Of a DNA stretch of 64,000 bases, positions 39,213 to 50,910 are shown in pieces. The stretch's first letter is position 1. Every line of letters begins with the position of its first letter. The DNA is from Octopus bimaculoides (taxonomy: Eukaryota). The stretch spans positions 15,987,576-16,051,575 of the forward strand of contig NC_068992.1 in the NCBI RefSeq assembly GCF_001194135.2, read 5' to 3'. Position numbers and translations under genes: made by a program. The notes below the pieces were generated by a model that saw nothing but the letters and a program-made list of their open reading frames with translations, was not told the origin of the DNA and did no database searches.

Positions 39213-41662
39213 AATTATACGTCTATATTTTCAAAAAGTTTCTAAATACATTGTGCACCATATCAAACGGAAGTCTTAATTTTCAATGAAGGGGAACAAT
39301 GCCATCAACATTTATAATTTTAGTTACACTAAGTATTTTCAATATGAATGCGTTAAAATGCATACTCATAGCTCTTTATCAGATCAGCACAAATCTCACA
39401 GGAAGAATTTTGATATTTTATCTCAAATAAAAGTGTTGTTTGCATTTAGTAGCACTAATGTTTGTTGGTCGATCTAACTAGTAATAACAATTTGTGATCC
39501 CAAAACGCGTGTTCCTTTATCTTGTAAAGAGAAATCAATATTAGATGTTCAAGTGACAAGTTTCATAAATCGTCTTCTTGCCATGCAAAGGCCTCTAAGT
39601 ATTTATGGTCACTTTCGAAAACACTTTCGCTTAGCATATGAAGTCAGATAATGAAGCCAAATAAGTGCAGCCTGTAAAGAAGCATTTTCAAATCGCTGAT
39701 TTTCTTTTCCATAAAAGAAATTCACATTTAATATCTTAATAAACAAGGGAAATTAGCAAATCTTATTCCAATGTACAAACGTACGGTATGCAACTACATC
39801 CAGCTAACGTAATTTTATATGTTCATAACTAGACACCGGCTCGAAAACGAAATTTTCATAAGCGGTGCAAACCTAGGCGGCCAACATTTTTTTTTACAAT
39901 GGTGTTTTTGTTTTTTTTTATTATTTATTGTTATTTTTTGTTCTTTGAGGAGAAACCTAACTTCAAACTCCTTTTTATAGGTCACTTTTTACATTTCCTT
40001 TTGTTTTCTAAACCTGAGAAAAGTAAGTAGGGGTGCAAATTTTGATTTTACAACCCACAGAAATTTTAGGCAATGCGCTTGGACCCCCTGTTCCCGGGCC
40101 CATTCACCGAAAGAATATCCTATTTCTGCCTATTGAGTAAAACACAGCGTAAAGTCTTCATTTTTACTTTTATGTATTACAAAAATATTCCTGTTAAAAT
40201 ATTGAAGATTTAGCAAGGCTACTTCAGTTATCCTTTTCCCTACACATGACATTTTTGTGGAGATATTTATCTCAGTTTGATATGAGGACATATATATGTA
40301 TGCAAGAATTCAATTAAAAAAAACCAACAAAAAAACACAACACCTGTAACAGAACATAGAATATGTATTTCTGCTTTATAGCATGTCATTTCATTACCGA
40401 TGAGTATTAGTCCTCTTAGTCGGATGGCTTTGATCATAATTAATTTTGTATTTTCATCTACATCAAAAGAATTGCTTGTGCAACGCATTATTAATCTTAC
40501 TAAAGCAGCACATCATTAACTAATTGTAATTATGATAGCTTCCTTTTGATACATTAGATTACACATGCAAAGTATTGTATATGTTATAAGGGTAAAATTA
40601 GTATACCACTGTGACAGTAGGAAAACAGATCTTTGTTAATAATGTTTATAGATAAGTGGAGCAGTAACAGCTTAACGTTCACACGTAAACAATTCATTTA
40701 GTGAGCAAAAATATATTTGGATCAATACCTATCTCTATTATCCGTAATATTTTACTGATGAGAGTCAAATTACTCCTGGACAGACTGCTTGTCATTTTGA
40801 ATTGATATTAGAAGCAATACTTCAAAGCAAATACTTCATCTCTCAACGATATCAGTAGTTGTTCATAACAACTTCAGTAACAACTAAATGCTACGTTGCT
40901 TGTGTATATAGAGAAGTAAGTGTTGTAACAATATAAACAAATAAAAACTGGCTTTCCAGTTAGTATCCTTTCCAATAGGATACTTATGGCAGTGACTCTG
41001 CTTCACATTAAACCTCATTCATAGTAAAAGTGACGTTCCCGTAATGATTAAAATATTCTGGAGGTAATCGATAATACCATGGAAAACAAATTCGTTAGTA
41101 TATTTTCTCATTGGTCAGCGTGATGAGAGATCAATCACAGCGTGAAACCCATAACATGATGAGAAATAGGGTAAACAACCGTGAGGTATTATTTATTTTC
41201 TGTTTGCGATAAAAAATTGAGAGAAATGCCAAGGACACAGGTCACCACCCGAAAGTTAACGTTCGAAAAATAATTGCATATGGTGATTGATACAATTATC
41301 TGTAATTTCATCAAATATTATTGATACATATTTATTTATTTGATTTAGCATCCATCTGTTGATCCGAAGTTTCGTTAACATTGGTAGAATTGAAAAAAAA
41401 AAAAAACATTGTGCAAACCAAAACATGAAGTAAAACAAGTTTATATCGCTAATATTTTTTAAAGATACGTTTTATTGCGTGTTGCATGGTTTATCATCTT
41501 ATTCTCAAACTATGAAAAAAATTGGGCTCATACTGTTATTATTAAGCTATGTCGATATCGCAATGCTAATATTAAATCAAGACTTTCACGTCGGATCCGA
41601 TTCCGGTCAAATTTACTGTGTGCGTGAGAAAGGGGGTGAAAGAAAAATAGATACTTTGGTAG

Positions 41663-41702
<40 letters not shown>

Positions 41703-41852
41703 GGGGGATAGATACACACTAGTCGCACATATACCTAAAAAAATCACTTCAGTCACCGTAATATAGGTGACCTACACATTACATGAAACAACACATACGC
41801 ACACCACGCACACACACACACACACACTCATACATAAATATATACATATATA

Positions 41853-41898
<46 letters not shown>

Positions 41899-42043
41899 CA
41901 TACATATATCTGTGGGGGTCTCTGTATTCTTATATACTTAACATATGTGTATACATAAATATATGTAATATGTATACACAGACACACACATTATATATAT
42001 ATATATATATACATATGTATATATACACAAACACACACATATA

Positions 42044-42079
<36 letters not shown>

Positions 42080-42251
42080 TATGCGTATATACAGAGAGAG
42101 AGAGAGAGAGAGAGATAAATATAGGTATATTTACTTATGCATATGTATATGTATGCAATATGATAAATTTGAATTCTACATACATACGCCTACACATATC
42201 CTGCATACACATACATACACATATATACATACATGTATCTGTATATATCTA

Positions 42252-42284
<33 letters not shown>

Positions 42285-43250
42285 NNNNNNNNNNNNNNNN
42301 NNNNNNNNNNNNNNNNNNNNNNNNNNNNNNNNNNNNNNNNNNNNNNNNNNNNNNNNNNNNNNNNNNNNNNNNNNNNNNNNNNNNNNNNNNNNNNNNNNNN
42401 NNNNNNNNNNNNNNNNNNNNNNNNNNNNNNNNNNNNNNNNNNNNNNNNNNNNNNNNNNNNNNNNNNNNNNNNNNNNNNNNNNNNNNNNNNNNNNNNNNNN
42501 NNNNNNNNNNNNNNNNNNNNNNNNNNNNNNNNNNNNNNNNNNNNNNNNNNNNNNNNNNNNNNNNNNNNNNNNNNNNNNNNNNNNNNNNNNNNNNNNNNNN
42601 NNNNNNNNNNNNNNNNNNNNNNNNNNNNNNNNNNNNNNNNNNNNNTATAGATATACATGTATATTTATGTTTATGCATATATAAACTTATATACTGTTAG
42701 ATAATTCAAGCGTAGTCATGTTGGTCAGGGCAAAAGAATTACGTGCATTGCCTAGATCAATTGAAATGTAATCTATTATATAAAAAACTACAAAAGAGGA
42801 CACCTGCAGTCTTAGAGAATCGAGAAAAAAAACCCAACCCGTACAAAGAAAAAACGTATATTAAACGAAAGAACAATCCCCTGCAGAAATCAAGCGTACA
42901 CTCATCAGTTTATGATAATGCATCTTACATAGTTAATTTGAATTCTATACGCAATATGCTATTTCATATGCAACACTAGTATTTTCGAAAGAAAAAAGAG
43001 CAAATATGCTTTAAAACAACATTAAAAGAAAAGATGTTAACAAACATATTGAAACAACAATTGATGCTTCAAAGAATGTAAGCAACAATGATAATATTTT
43101 TCTGTTAGAATGGATAAGTAAAGTAATCTATTTGTATGACCTTAGAGAAATTCACATGTGTAATGTTATACATATGAATGTGGATGTATGTTATACATAC
43201 ATGCACAAAACACTCCATTACACACAGACGCGAGCAAACGCACACAGACT

Positions 43251-43328
<78 letters not shown>

Positions 43329-43723
43329 NNNNNNNNNNNNNNNNNNNNNNNNNNNNNNNNNNNNNNNNNNNNNNNNNNNNNNNNNNNNNNNNNNNNNNNN
43401 NNNNNNNNNNNNNNNNNNNNNNNNNNNNNNNNNNNNNNNNNNNNNNNNNNNNNNNNNNNNNNNNNNNNNNNNNNNNNNNNNNNNNNNNNNNNNNNNNNNN
43501 NNNNNNNNNNNNNNNNNNNNNNNNNNNNNNNNNNNNNNNNNNNNNNNNNNNNNNNNNNNNNNNNNNNNNNNNNNNNNNNNNNNNNNNNNNNNNNNNNNNN
43601 NNNNNNNNNNNNNNNNNNNNNNNNNNNNNNNNNNNNNNNNNNNNNATATGTGTGTGTGTGTGTGTGTGTATGCCTGTGTGCTGTGTGTATTCCTCTCTCT
43701 GTGTGTCTATGTGTGTATGTATC

Positions 43724-43773
<50 letters not shown>

Positions 43774-44843
43774 CACACACAGACACACACATATATATAT
43801 AAATATATACATGCATACTCAGTAAAATTCACAGGTGCGCGGATGTGTGGCTATGCAGCTGCGAGAATCTACAGCACGATTGCAAGGAAACTAGCAAAAC
43901 AATTGAAATATAAAGGATCTGTTATATTAATCCAATTATATTTTGTTGCCAGCAATAATTAATTGCATGTTTTACTTTTAATGTTATATATAAAGACATT
44001 CTCAATAATTGAATATCTCATTTATTAACGTTTCTATTGAAGATTCTTTCGTAGCCATATGGTAGCAGTGCCTCTTATATTAACTTCAAATGACTTTTGG
44101 CTATTCATTTGTCGTTCACGTAATTAAAAGGAGGGTTATACCAGTTACTTGTGTTTTTTAATTACATTATTGGATTTTTTGCTGTTAATTCTTATGTAAT
44201 AAATGCTCTTCTTTTCATCTGTTCAAACAATAATAGGCAATATTATGGTACACGTTCTCATCGAATGACACTGTGGAGAAACAATTCCTTTCTATTCTAC
44301 AAATGCCTATTCAGTAAGTCTCTCACTTAGTTTATTGCAGTATTTCAATTGATTTTATTTAGTATACCCGTAAATGTTTGACTAAAACATATACTAAATA
44401 TTAATCCCTATATTTTCCTATAAACTGTTTGCACCTCACTAATATGGAGATAAAGATTACTTAAAACGATGCTGTTACTATGATTTGATAAAGCATCAGT
44501 GAATAATAAAGGACATCACTTCTTTCAATACTATTATAGGATCAATGTCACTATGGCGAGAAATTTCCAAACCTAATAATTATAGTTTTAACCATTGTAA
44601 GAAACAAAAAACTAAAGAGCCGATTGTATCGCCATAATGATCGAGCACTCGTTATGAAAATAAACAATCTCTATACTCATATTTACAGACTTTGAATAAT
44701 TTAAATACACAGATGACACAAAATTCCAATAATATTTAAAATTTGTCATTCCAAGTATAGAATTTGTACACGGTGTAATTGAGGGTTTTATTTATCGAGG
44801 GTTTTATTTAAAGTGACTTAAAGAATATATATGGAAGATTAAA

Positions 44844-44884
<41 letters not shown>

Positions 44885-44933
44885 TGGAATCATGCAGATG
44901 TCTGTATGTGTTCGTGTGTGCATGTCATGCTCG

Positions 44934-45024
<91 letters not shown>

Positions 45025-45039
45025 GTATACCTGAATGTC

Positions 45040-45200
45040 TGTGTTTGTTCCGCACCACTGCTTCACAGCCGATATTACTTTTAACGCCCCATAATTTTGT
45101 GGCTCGGCAAAACAGAACGATAAAATAAGTACCAGGATTCGTCCGTTCGACTAAAATCTTCAAGGCGGTACCACAGCATGGTCGCACTCTAATGACTGAA
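45040..45200 (+). mobile_element. SINE family A, 3' half
   Basis: ...AAAATAAGTACCAGG...CAAGGCGGTACCACAGCATGGTCGCACTCTAATGACTGAAAC. Confidence 0.7.
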
Positions 45201-45474
45201 ACACGAGAGAGAGAGAGGGAAAGAGGAGGGTGAGAAACAGAGGGATATATATATATATACATAGAGAGAGAGAGAGAAAAGAAAAGATTTATCCCTCGGA
45301 TAAAATTGTGAACTAAGTTGTCTTCTGTATTATAATATCTTTTGATGTTGATAAGCGATAGTAATTGCTTCTTGGTTGAGTAGAAGCTGAAGAGAAAGAT
45401 TAATTATCAAAATAAGAAAAAAGAAAAACAGACAATATAAATTTCGGAATTTACTGCAAATGTGATTTCAGAGA

Positions 45475-45635
45475 AGGCGCATGCGTGGCTGTGTGGAAAG
45501 ATGTTTGCTTCTCAATTGCATGGTTCCGTGTTCAGTCCTACGGCGTGGCTCCTCAGGCAAGTGTTTTCTATTATAGCGTCGGGTTATATAGCCTTGTGAC
45601 TGGATTTAGTAGACGGAAACTGAAAAAAGGACGTG

Positions 45636-45706
<71 letters not shown>

Positions 45707-45715
45707 TACATACAC

Positions 45716-45760
<45 letters not shown>

Positions 45761-46020
45761 TATATACGCGTGTGGAGGTACGTGCATTTGTGCGTGAGTG
45801 TTTTTGTGGTTTTCTTCGTCCAGCACCAGCAATTGACAACCGGTGCTGGCTTGTTTACGTCCGCGTATCTTTGAAGTACTGCAAAAGAGACCGATATAAT
45901 AAGTAGCAGCCCTAAAAGAAAACAAAAGAGTACTGTGGTTGTTTCATTCGACTAAAAATTATTCAAGGCGATGCCCCAGCATGGCTGCCTGTCGAATGTC
46001 AGAAACATAAAAGTTAAAAG
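45475..46020 (+). mobile_element. SINE family A, full length with expanded internal (CA)n
   Basis: head, GGATTTAGTAGACGGAAACTG, (CA)n, TTGACAACCGGTGCTGG, tail. Confidence 0.85.
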
Positions 46021-47766
46021 AAGCAAACTTTACGATATTTTCATTTTATGCTTCATTTGAATTGCCGATGCTTCGAGCATCAGAGTTGTAACAATAAGTT
46101 TTGAAGGGCTGTAAGAATACACTTTGAAGTTAATGCAAAATGTTTATGAAAATAAGACTAATGTAGTTTTACTTGAAACGGTGGAATTAATTTTAAGCTT
46201 ATATAATTTTATTTGCTCTTCACTGATTTACTCTTTCACTTGTTTTAGTTATTAGATTGCTGCAATGGCGAATCACAGTCTTGATAGGTTTAGCGAATGA
46301 AATCCTTGCCAATATTTATTTAAAATCTTATACTTATTCTATCGATTTTCTTCTTGCAAACTTCTAGTTAACGGAGTCATAAACATGAAAAAAAACTGTT
46401 TATCAACCAGTAAAAGACAAACCAGTAACAGAAGGACTGGTAAAAGAAACATTGTCCGTCAACGAGTTCAAAATAGGATGCATATACACATAATATACGT
46501 GTATGTTCGTGCGTGTTTCTGTGAACGTATGTTTAGTGTGTGTGTGTTTGTGTATGCGATAGGTTTCTGCATGGCTCCCTTTTAAGGTATTGATCGGCCT
46601 AAATCACTTGCCCAAATTGTCCCACAGTGGTACTGAACTCGACCCCGCCTAGTTGTGAAATGAACATCTTAATCAAACAGCTATGTTTGCGCCTATTTTT
46701 ATAAAATATACTATTTGTCGATGCAGAACATTTCTAGGTCCTTTCGAATTTATTGTTTTATTATAATATAATCTTATTATTTCAGAAATTCTGAAAGACC
46801 TAAAAGACATGTAAACAAATAAATACATGACGGGAACAATAATCGTTGTTGCATGAGACAAGTCAACAGAGTATTTCACATGCTTACAAAACTGTGAGTG
46901 TTACACATCCACATTCAAAGATACTGTAATGAAATTAGCCATTCATGCACATTTCTGTATGTCATCGCCTGACAAACGAAATCTAATAATAACATTTTGC
47001 AGCAAACTCAGGACAAGGCCAAGTTCCATCAAATAGATTAGCAAATACTTATGTGTCTAAAAATTTGCAGAAATATCAACAAAATCACTATTTTAATATT
47101 CTGCCTCTGATAAAAACTATTTTTTTTCCTTTGAAAGACCTAATATACTTTATCTACAGTATCTAACTATTGAGTTTAAAATCAAATTACAATTTTTCTG
47201 CTTTCTTAATTTAAAAATAAATTCCAATTAGTTTTCCTAAATAGATGTTTCAGTAGATATTCCTCCGAATATTTAGGCATATAAGTAATTGCTACCTAAT
47301 CTATTTTGGAGACTATTCTTGAGCTAGTTTCCTACCAACTCCTGTTATTTGATTACATTTGTCAGACGGTGACAGACATACTCACAGACAGATAATACTA
47401 CTAAAGTTGTGTGTTTTACTTTTTTTCAATTTAAGGTGGCGATTGGTTTACTAGCTGCATTATCCCATCTTAATATTGTCATTTAGACATTGTAGTAAAA
47501 TGGTAGAATAGCTGGAACATATCTCTGATGCATTCATCGGTGGCATTTGAGCTCATGGATATATGCTCGAATGCAGAGATCCCCCAATCCCTGAGCTGCA
47601 GACCAGTACCAGGTTGTGGATCATTGGTACCGGGCAGTTCAGAAAAGGATAAATGTTTAAATTTTATTTCTACTTTATTTACAATCGCACGCAGCAGGGT
47701 GTTTTCCAATTACACACACATGCACACGCGGACACACACACACGCACGCACATGCAATCACACTCA

Positions 47767-47828
<62 letters not shown>

Positions 47829-48159
47829 NNNNNNNNNNNNNNNNNNNNNNNNNNNNNNNNNNNNNNNNNNNNNNNNNNNNNNNNNNNNNNNNNNNNNNNN
47901 NNNNNNNNNNNNNNNNNNNNNNNNNNNNNNNNNNNNNNNNNNNNNNNNNNNNNNNNNNNNNNNNNNNNNNNNNNNNNNNNNNNNNNNNNNNNNNNNNNNN
48001 NNNNNNNNNNNNNNNNNNNNNNNNNNNNNNNNNNNNNNNNNNNNNNNNNNNNNNNNNNNNNNNNNNNNNNNNNNNNNNNNNNNNNNNNNNNNNNNNNNNN
48101 NNNNNNNNNNNNNNNNNNNNNNNNNNNNNNNNNNNNNNNNNNNNNNNNNNNNNNNNNTA

Positions 48160-48190
<31 letters not shown>

Positions 48191-48208
48191 TGCTGATAAA
48201 GGGAACTG

Positions 48209-48474
48209 AAGATGGATTTCATACGAATGTTTATTCACCACAACGATCGTTTGGACCTATCCTGCATCCATCCCATAAGGGTAGGATATTGTGCCTCTAG
48301 TTGTATTGCATCAGTCAGTGCAGGATGCGTCACTTCGAGTGACACGACACCTGAAGTAACAGAACATACATCGATTGATACAACGCATCCAGATGCACAA
48401 TATCCTACGGGGAAGATGCAGAATGGGTCAAAACGATCGGCGTGCTGAATAAAAATTCGTGCTAAATCCATCTT
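48209..48474. mobile_element. foldback MITE with ~95-bp imperfect TIRs
   Basis: AAGATGGATTT...GGATATTGTGC versus its reverse complement at the right end; mirror ORFs 48212+ and 48235- in the track. Confidence 0.8.
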
Positions 48475-48619
48475 ACGTATATAATTATAAAAATATAACT
48501 ATAGTTAAGGGCTACTGGACGTGACCATCGCCAATGCTAGAAGTTGATGTCAAATACCTACAAATCACTCTAAAATTTTAGCCTTTAACTATAGTTATAT
48601 TTTTATAATTATATACGTA
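48474..48619. mobile_element. small MITE with ~41-bp near-perfect TIRs
   Basis: TACGTATATAATTATAAAAATATAACTATAGTTAAGGGCTA versus TAGCCTTTAACTATAGTTATATTTTTATAATTATATACGTA (1 mismatch). Confidence 0.82.
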
Positions 48620-48707
48620 AAACAATTTATGTTACCTAGTCGGTTATTATTATGTGCTGGGCTACTGATATAATCATGTTTATGATTATATCCGTATCTT
48701 ATAAGTA

Positions 48708-48740
<33 letters not shown>

Positions 48741-49416
48741 AATAATTGAATTATATATTATGCAGTTCATTGTGTTTTGTTATGCGCTCGATCCCTCGGT
48801 CCGTAGAAAAATTATCTTGGATGAAATCGGTCCACGGTGCGAAAAAAGTGTGGAATCTGCTTCTGCAATGAGATAATAAAAACGGCACGTAACCATCTTG
48901 TATGTCAGGTCACGGTTCATGTGTCCCGGTTTTTATAAGTGATATTATACATGATGATAACTGATTTCAAATTGTGGCACATGGCCAAGAACATGATAAT
49001 AATTATAAGCAAAAATGCAAGCAGTTAGGCATCACTGCCTAGTTGTATTTTATGGAAACGAAATTAGGATTCATTGGACAGATTATCGTTACTGTTAATG
49101 TTGTTAGGCCGCCATATATTCTCGTTATGACGTCAAATATATTCATTTGTTCGACATGTTCTGTCTTCAATTCCGAGCACGTCTTTTCTGTAGTTATATA
49201 AATGGAGAATTTAGCCATTTGTTAAATTAAATTATATATATGATACACACTTCAGTACTTCGCATTTAACTTTATCTTAAATCTTTTTTGGCGACTCGAT
49301 CGGAAGAAAATTTATGTATATGCACATTCACATACATCAGACTACTAAATATGTGCGCGCGCAGGCGTCTGTGTGTGTGTGCAAATATATATATATATAT
49401 ACATATNNNNNNNNNN

Positions 49417-49456
<40 letters not shown>

Positions 49457-50623
49457 GTATATAAGTTTATGTGTACGCTTGCATGCATATATATATACAT
49501 TCATATATACATATATGTATACACACAGATATACATATATATATATGTATGTATGTATGTATGTATCCTTGCATGTGTAAATGTGTATGTTATTGCAATA
49601 CGTTTATGCTTACATTTTAAAAACTGAATATCTTTTTATTTGTTAATTTTTAATGTATTCAGTGTATTTATTTTCATTTTTCACCAAACTATGCTCATTA
49701 ATATTCTATAATATAAATTTTTTACCTTGGTATTCGTAGCCATCGTGTTTTGTGCGTTTTTTTCTTCAACAACGAGTTTTTGTCTCACCTATAATTACAG
49801 CACGTAACATACTTCTGAATAGTCATTTTCAACTATTTTTCTATTATTTGAATATGTTGATATATAATTCTGTATCGTATGCTCATATATATTATAATTG
49901 CGTTAAAATGCATTAAAGTAGCCTCATATTTTGAATAATAGAGGTTTAGAAGAATATGTGTTACCAGATGTAGGAACTCCTGCTATATGCACAAATTTGT
50001 TCTTCACGTCATATCTTTCAAGTCTATACTAGAAATATACAGCTGCAACCGCGTATTCATGGAATAACATATAGTTGCAGATGAGATGTTACGGAACGTA
50101 CGTATAATAGTGTGATATTCTAAAATCAAATCCAGAGATTAATAGCTTTCCAGCAAGAAATCTTGCATAAAATTACGCCTTAAATAAGAAATATATCCTG
50201 GTGGAATCGTAATGTTGATGATATTTTAATAAAAAGATTTTACAGTTTTATTTCCTCGCTAACACAGAAGTAGATCCCTGGATCATGACATTTCACGATC
50301 CATGACACAGCTCTCTTAGCTATATATGTAATATAGTGAGTAGATACAACTTCAGTGTGTATGCAGGAAAGTAATTTCATATATTCTCGCATGCGCTGAA
50401 ATAGTATAGGGATCGCATACAGATAAGAGTTTTATCTTCAAAATCGTCATAGCAACAGACCAGAGTTTCTGCGGCTATTTTATATAGTACACCACTTAAG
50501 GAAGCTTACTGTTGTAGGCAATCTTACTGATTAATACGGTTCTATATTTAAGAGATGAGGAATTATGTACATTATTTGAATTATTTACAATTGACGGATA
50601 TTTGTCCTCATCTTGTTTGTTAT

Positions 50624-50666
50624 TAACACAATGTTTCGGCTGATATACCTTCCAGCCTTCATCAGG
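50624..50666 (-). ncRNA. inverted second hammerhead motif
   Basis: reverse complement CCTGATGAAGGCTGGAAGGTATATCAGCCGAAACATTGTGTT: intact stem II GGCTG/CAGCC; the 5' strand of stem I is lost at the junction. Confidence 0.65.
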
Positions 50667-50734
50667 CATATGGCGCAGTGGTTAAGAGCGCGGGCTACGA
50701 ACCCCAAAATTCCGTGTTCGATTCCAGGCAGTGG

Positions 50735-50812
<78 letters not shown>

Positions 50813-50865
50813 TAACATCGGAAAATACCTTAGGAATGAGAACCCAGCTTCGAAATTTCCCCCAA

Positions 50866-50910
50866 GACACCTGATGAAGCCTGGAGTGTATATCAGCCGA
50901 AACATTGTGT
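50866..50910 (+). ncRNA. minimal type I hammerhead ribozyme motif (Penelope-type), probably decayed
   Basis: stem I ACAC/GTGT; core CTGATGA(A); stem II GCCTG/CAGCC (1 mismatch); GAAA-C-ATT. Confidence 0.7.

Larger units (their letters stand above)
47574..48862 (+). mobile_element. hAT/Charlie-type (MER1-like) non-autonomous element containing nested insertions
   Basis: left end CAGAGATCCCCCAATCCCTGAGCTGCAGACCAGTACC; right end CGGTCCGTAGAAAAATTATCTT...CGGTCCACGGTGCGAAAAAAG..GGAATCTGCTT; both resemble MER1/Charlie termini as I recall them; degenerate 8-bp TSD CTCGAATG / CTGCAATG. Confidence 0.7.

Noticed and set aside
40755-40779. CTGATGA followed by a GAGT/ACTC stem (hammerhead-like)
   Set aside because: The stem is followed by CTGG rather than GAAA, so the core is incomplete.
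50667-50735. Functional tRNA-Arg gene
   Set aside because: There is no proper acceptor stem and it is followed by (TAA)n and a repeat body shared with 37227-37410.
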